DNA of 64,000 nt from Psammoneis japonica (Eukaryota). How positions within the stretch are numbered: position 1 is the first letter of the stretch; each line of letters starts with the position of its first letter. Below are positions 62,638-64,000 of this stretch, in pieces. The notes below the pieces were generated by a model. It was not told the DNA's origin. It saw only the letters and a list, made by a program, of their open reading frames with translations, and made no database searches. The position numbers and the translations under genes are program-made. The stretch is taken from NCBI GenBank assembly GCA_008632985.1, contig QPGO01000007.1, forward strand, positions 434,001 through 498,000. Direction: 5' to 3'.

Positions 62638-62937
62638 TCATCCTGGATTGCAACCTTCTCCCGTGGGGTTGTACTTGGCCATGTACACAATCGGCGTTCC
62701 CATAAACAACACAACCCAAACCACAAGAAAAAATAATACTCCGCCATTGATGAGTTCATGTGGTAGATCAGATACCAATAGCAGCACGGGAGCGATCAGC
62801 ACACAGAATGTTGCAACCAAAAGTGGACAAAATAGCAATACCGCACCGTCTGATGGAGGCTCCGGTTGACGAGCATCCGAGTGTTCGTAGGAAACGTACG
62901 GATGATGATTCGAAACACCTGGCAGGTTATCGTCCAT
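62638..62937 (-). CDS. Small hypothetical two-TM protein
   Basis: 99-aa ATG ORF with two hydrophobic helices. Confidence 0.4.
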   Translation of the reverse strand: MDDNLPGVSNHHPYVSYEHSDARQPEPPSDGAVLLFCPLLVATFCVLIAPVLLLVSDLPHELINGGVLFFLVVWVVLFMGTPIVYMAKYNPTGEGCNPG

Positions 62938-63273
62938 GTTCTATTCTTAGCCCAACGTGTGCTTCAGGCAGAAAACAGGATTGACGACGTTAGTTAGAAT
63001 TGCTATTGTATTAGATACCATACAAATCAGGCGGACTTTGGCGGGAGAAAGAGAAAGAGGCCGAAATGTGAAATTGAAAATTCCGAAAATATTTATATAA
63101 AAATTATTCGTCCACGAGGACTTTAAAATACTGTACAACAGTGGTGGTGGTTTTCAGTTTTGGGTTTGCTCCGAGAGTCCAGTGCTACTCATCAATCTAA
63201 TCCATCTTTTGCTAGACGATCGCATTGAAAAACAATGTATAACATCGTGTCATCAACAGCTATATGGTGAAGT

Positions 63274-64000
63274 TTATTCGGGATAGCCATTGGACTCAAG
63301 TGATATCTCATCGGAATCTGGCCTAGATTCACCTTTTGCATTGTCTACTTCCGATGGTCGCTCGTCTTCGCCTTCCGGCGACTCCTGCACATCCTTCGCC
63401 ACATCTCCGTTTTGTTCTGGTCCATTGTGCGCATCAAGGCTCTCAGGTTCTCCATCTTTTTCTGCGCTCGTGTCTTTGCTGATCGTGTTTTCGACACCAG
63501 ATACTTTCTCGTCTCGAGTCTCCTGGTCCGTCACCTCTTCTCGCGAGGGTGTTGTGTCGTCCTCCCCACCTCTTCCAGCGTCGTCCTGAGAGCTGTCGTC
63601 GTTCTCTTTCGGTACGACCTCATCTTCTACTTCCTCTCCACTGCTTTGTTCCGTATCCATATGTTGATGTGAAACTTCCTTTCCTAGAGCATCATCCTCT
63701 TCGTCGTCGACGCATTCAGCGTCGCCATCCTCCGCGTCTTCAACGTCACTCACTGGTTCATCTATGGCATCGTCAATAGCCTTCATTAAATCCTCCTTCT
63801 TGACTTCATCGCTCAACTCTTCTTCCGTTTCCTTGGTGTCGTCGACGATATTATCTCCTTCGCCTTTTGTCTCAACTTCTGCGAAGGCTTCCTCCATTTC
63901 TGCATCGGTCAATCTAAGTTGCTCAATGCCTGACTTAATTCTATTCATCAAGTCATCAAGCTCAGCCGCTTCATCATACTCCTCTTTTTCGACAGCAGCG
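63274..64000 (-). CDS. Acidic low-complexity C-terminus of a protein truncated by the window edge
   Basis: Open frame to the window end, E/D-rich. Confidence 0.65.
   Translation of the reverse strand, partial: AAVEKEEYDEAAELDDLMNRIKSGIEQLRLTDAEMEEAFAEVETKGEGDNIVDDTKETEEELSDEVKKEDLMKAIDDAIDEPVSDVEDAEDGDAECVDDEEDDALGKEVSHQHMDTEQSSGEEVEDEVVPKENDDSSQDDAGRGGEDDTTPSREEVTDQETRDEKVSGVENTISKDTSAEKDGEPESLDAHNGPEQNGDVAKDVQESPEGEDERPSEVDNAKGESRPDSDEISLESNGYPE

Overview
Gene-dense eukaryotic nuclear DNA, most likely from a pennate diatom. This is inferred from short GT-AG introns, signal peptide + W/F plastid-type presequences and a diatom (CoDi)-like Ty1/copia element. About 20 ordinary genes are present: alpha/beta hydrolase, mitochondrial carrier, MEMO1, M18 aminopeptidase, LENG8/THP3, 2OG-Fe(II) oxygenase, histidine phosphatase, CC2D1-like, GGCT-like, PEP mutase family, HAD, dienelactone hydrolase and GcvT-like. 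An accessory set comprises ANK-TIR, IFI6/27-like, PARP-like x2, MYND x3 and a dynamin-like GTPase pair. Many genes carry isolated 1-bp indels, probably assembly consensus errors. The most striking signal is three sharply bounded domains (~10.8-11.7 kb, ~15.8-18.4 kb, ~26.4-39.6 kb) in which both CpG and TpA have been converted to TpG/CpA. Duplicated genes in the window (phosphatase 26.6-27.6 vs 48.8-49.7 kb; MYND 34.2-35.3 vs 40.4-41.5 kb) give direct before/after alignments. They show C>T at CpG plus A>G at TpA, with a preference for 5'-TAY. The TpA changes extend past the CpG-depleted core, and only the copy next to the transposon is hit. This looks like a transposon-centred, region-targeted hypermutation process opposite in direction to fungal RIP. 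All counts are by eye and no database searches were run.
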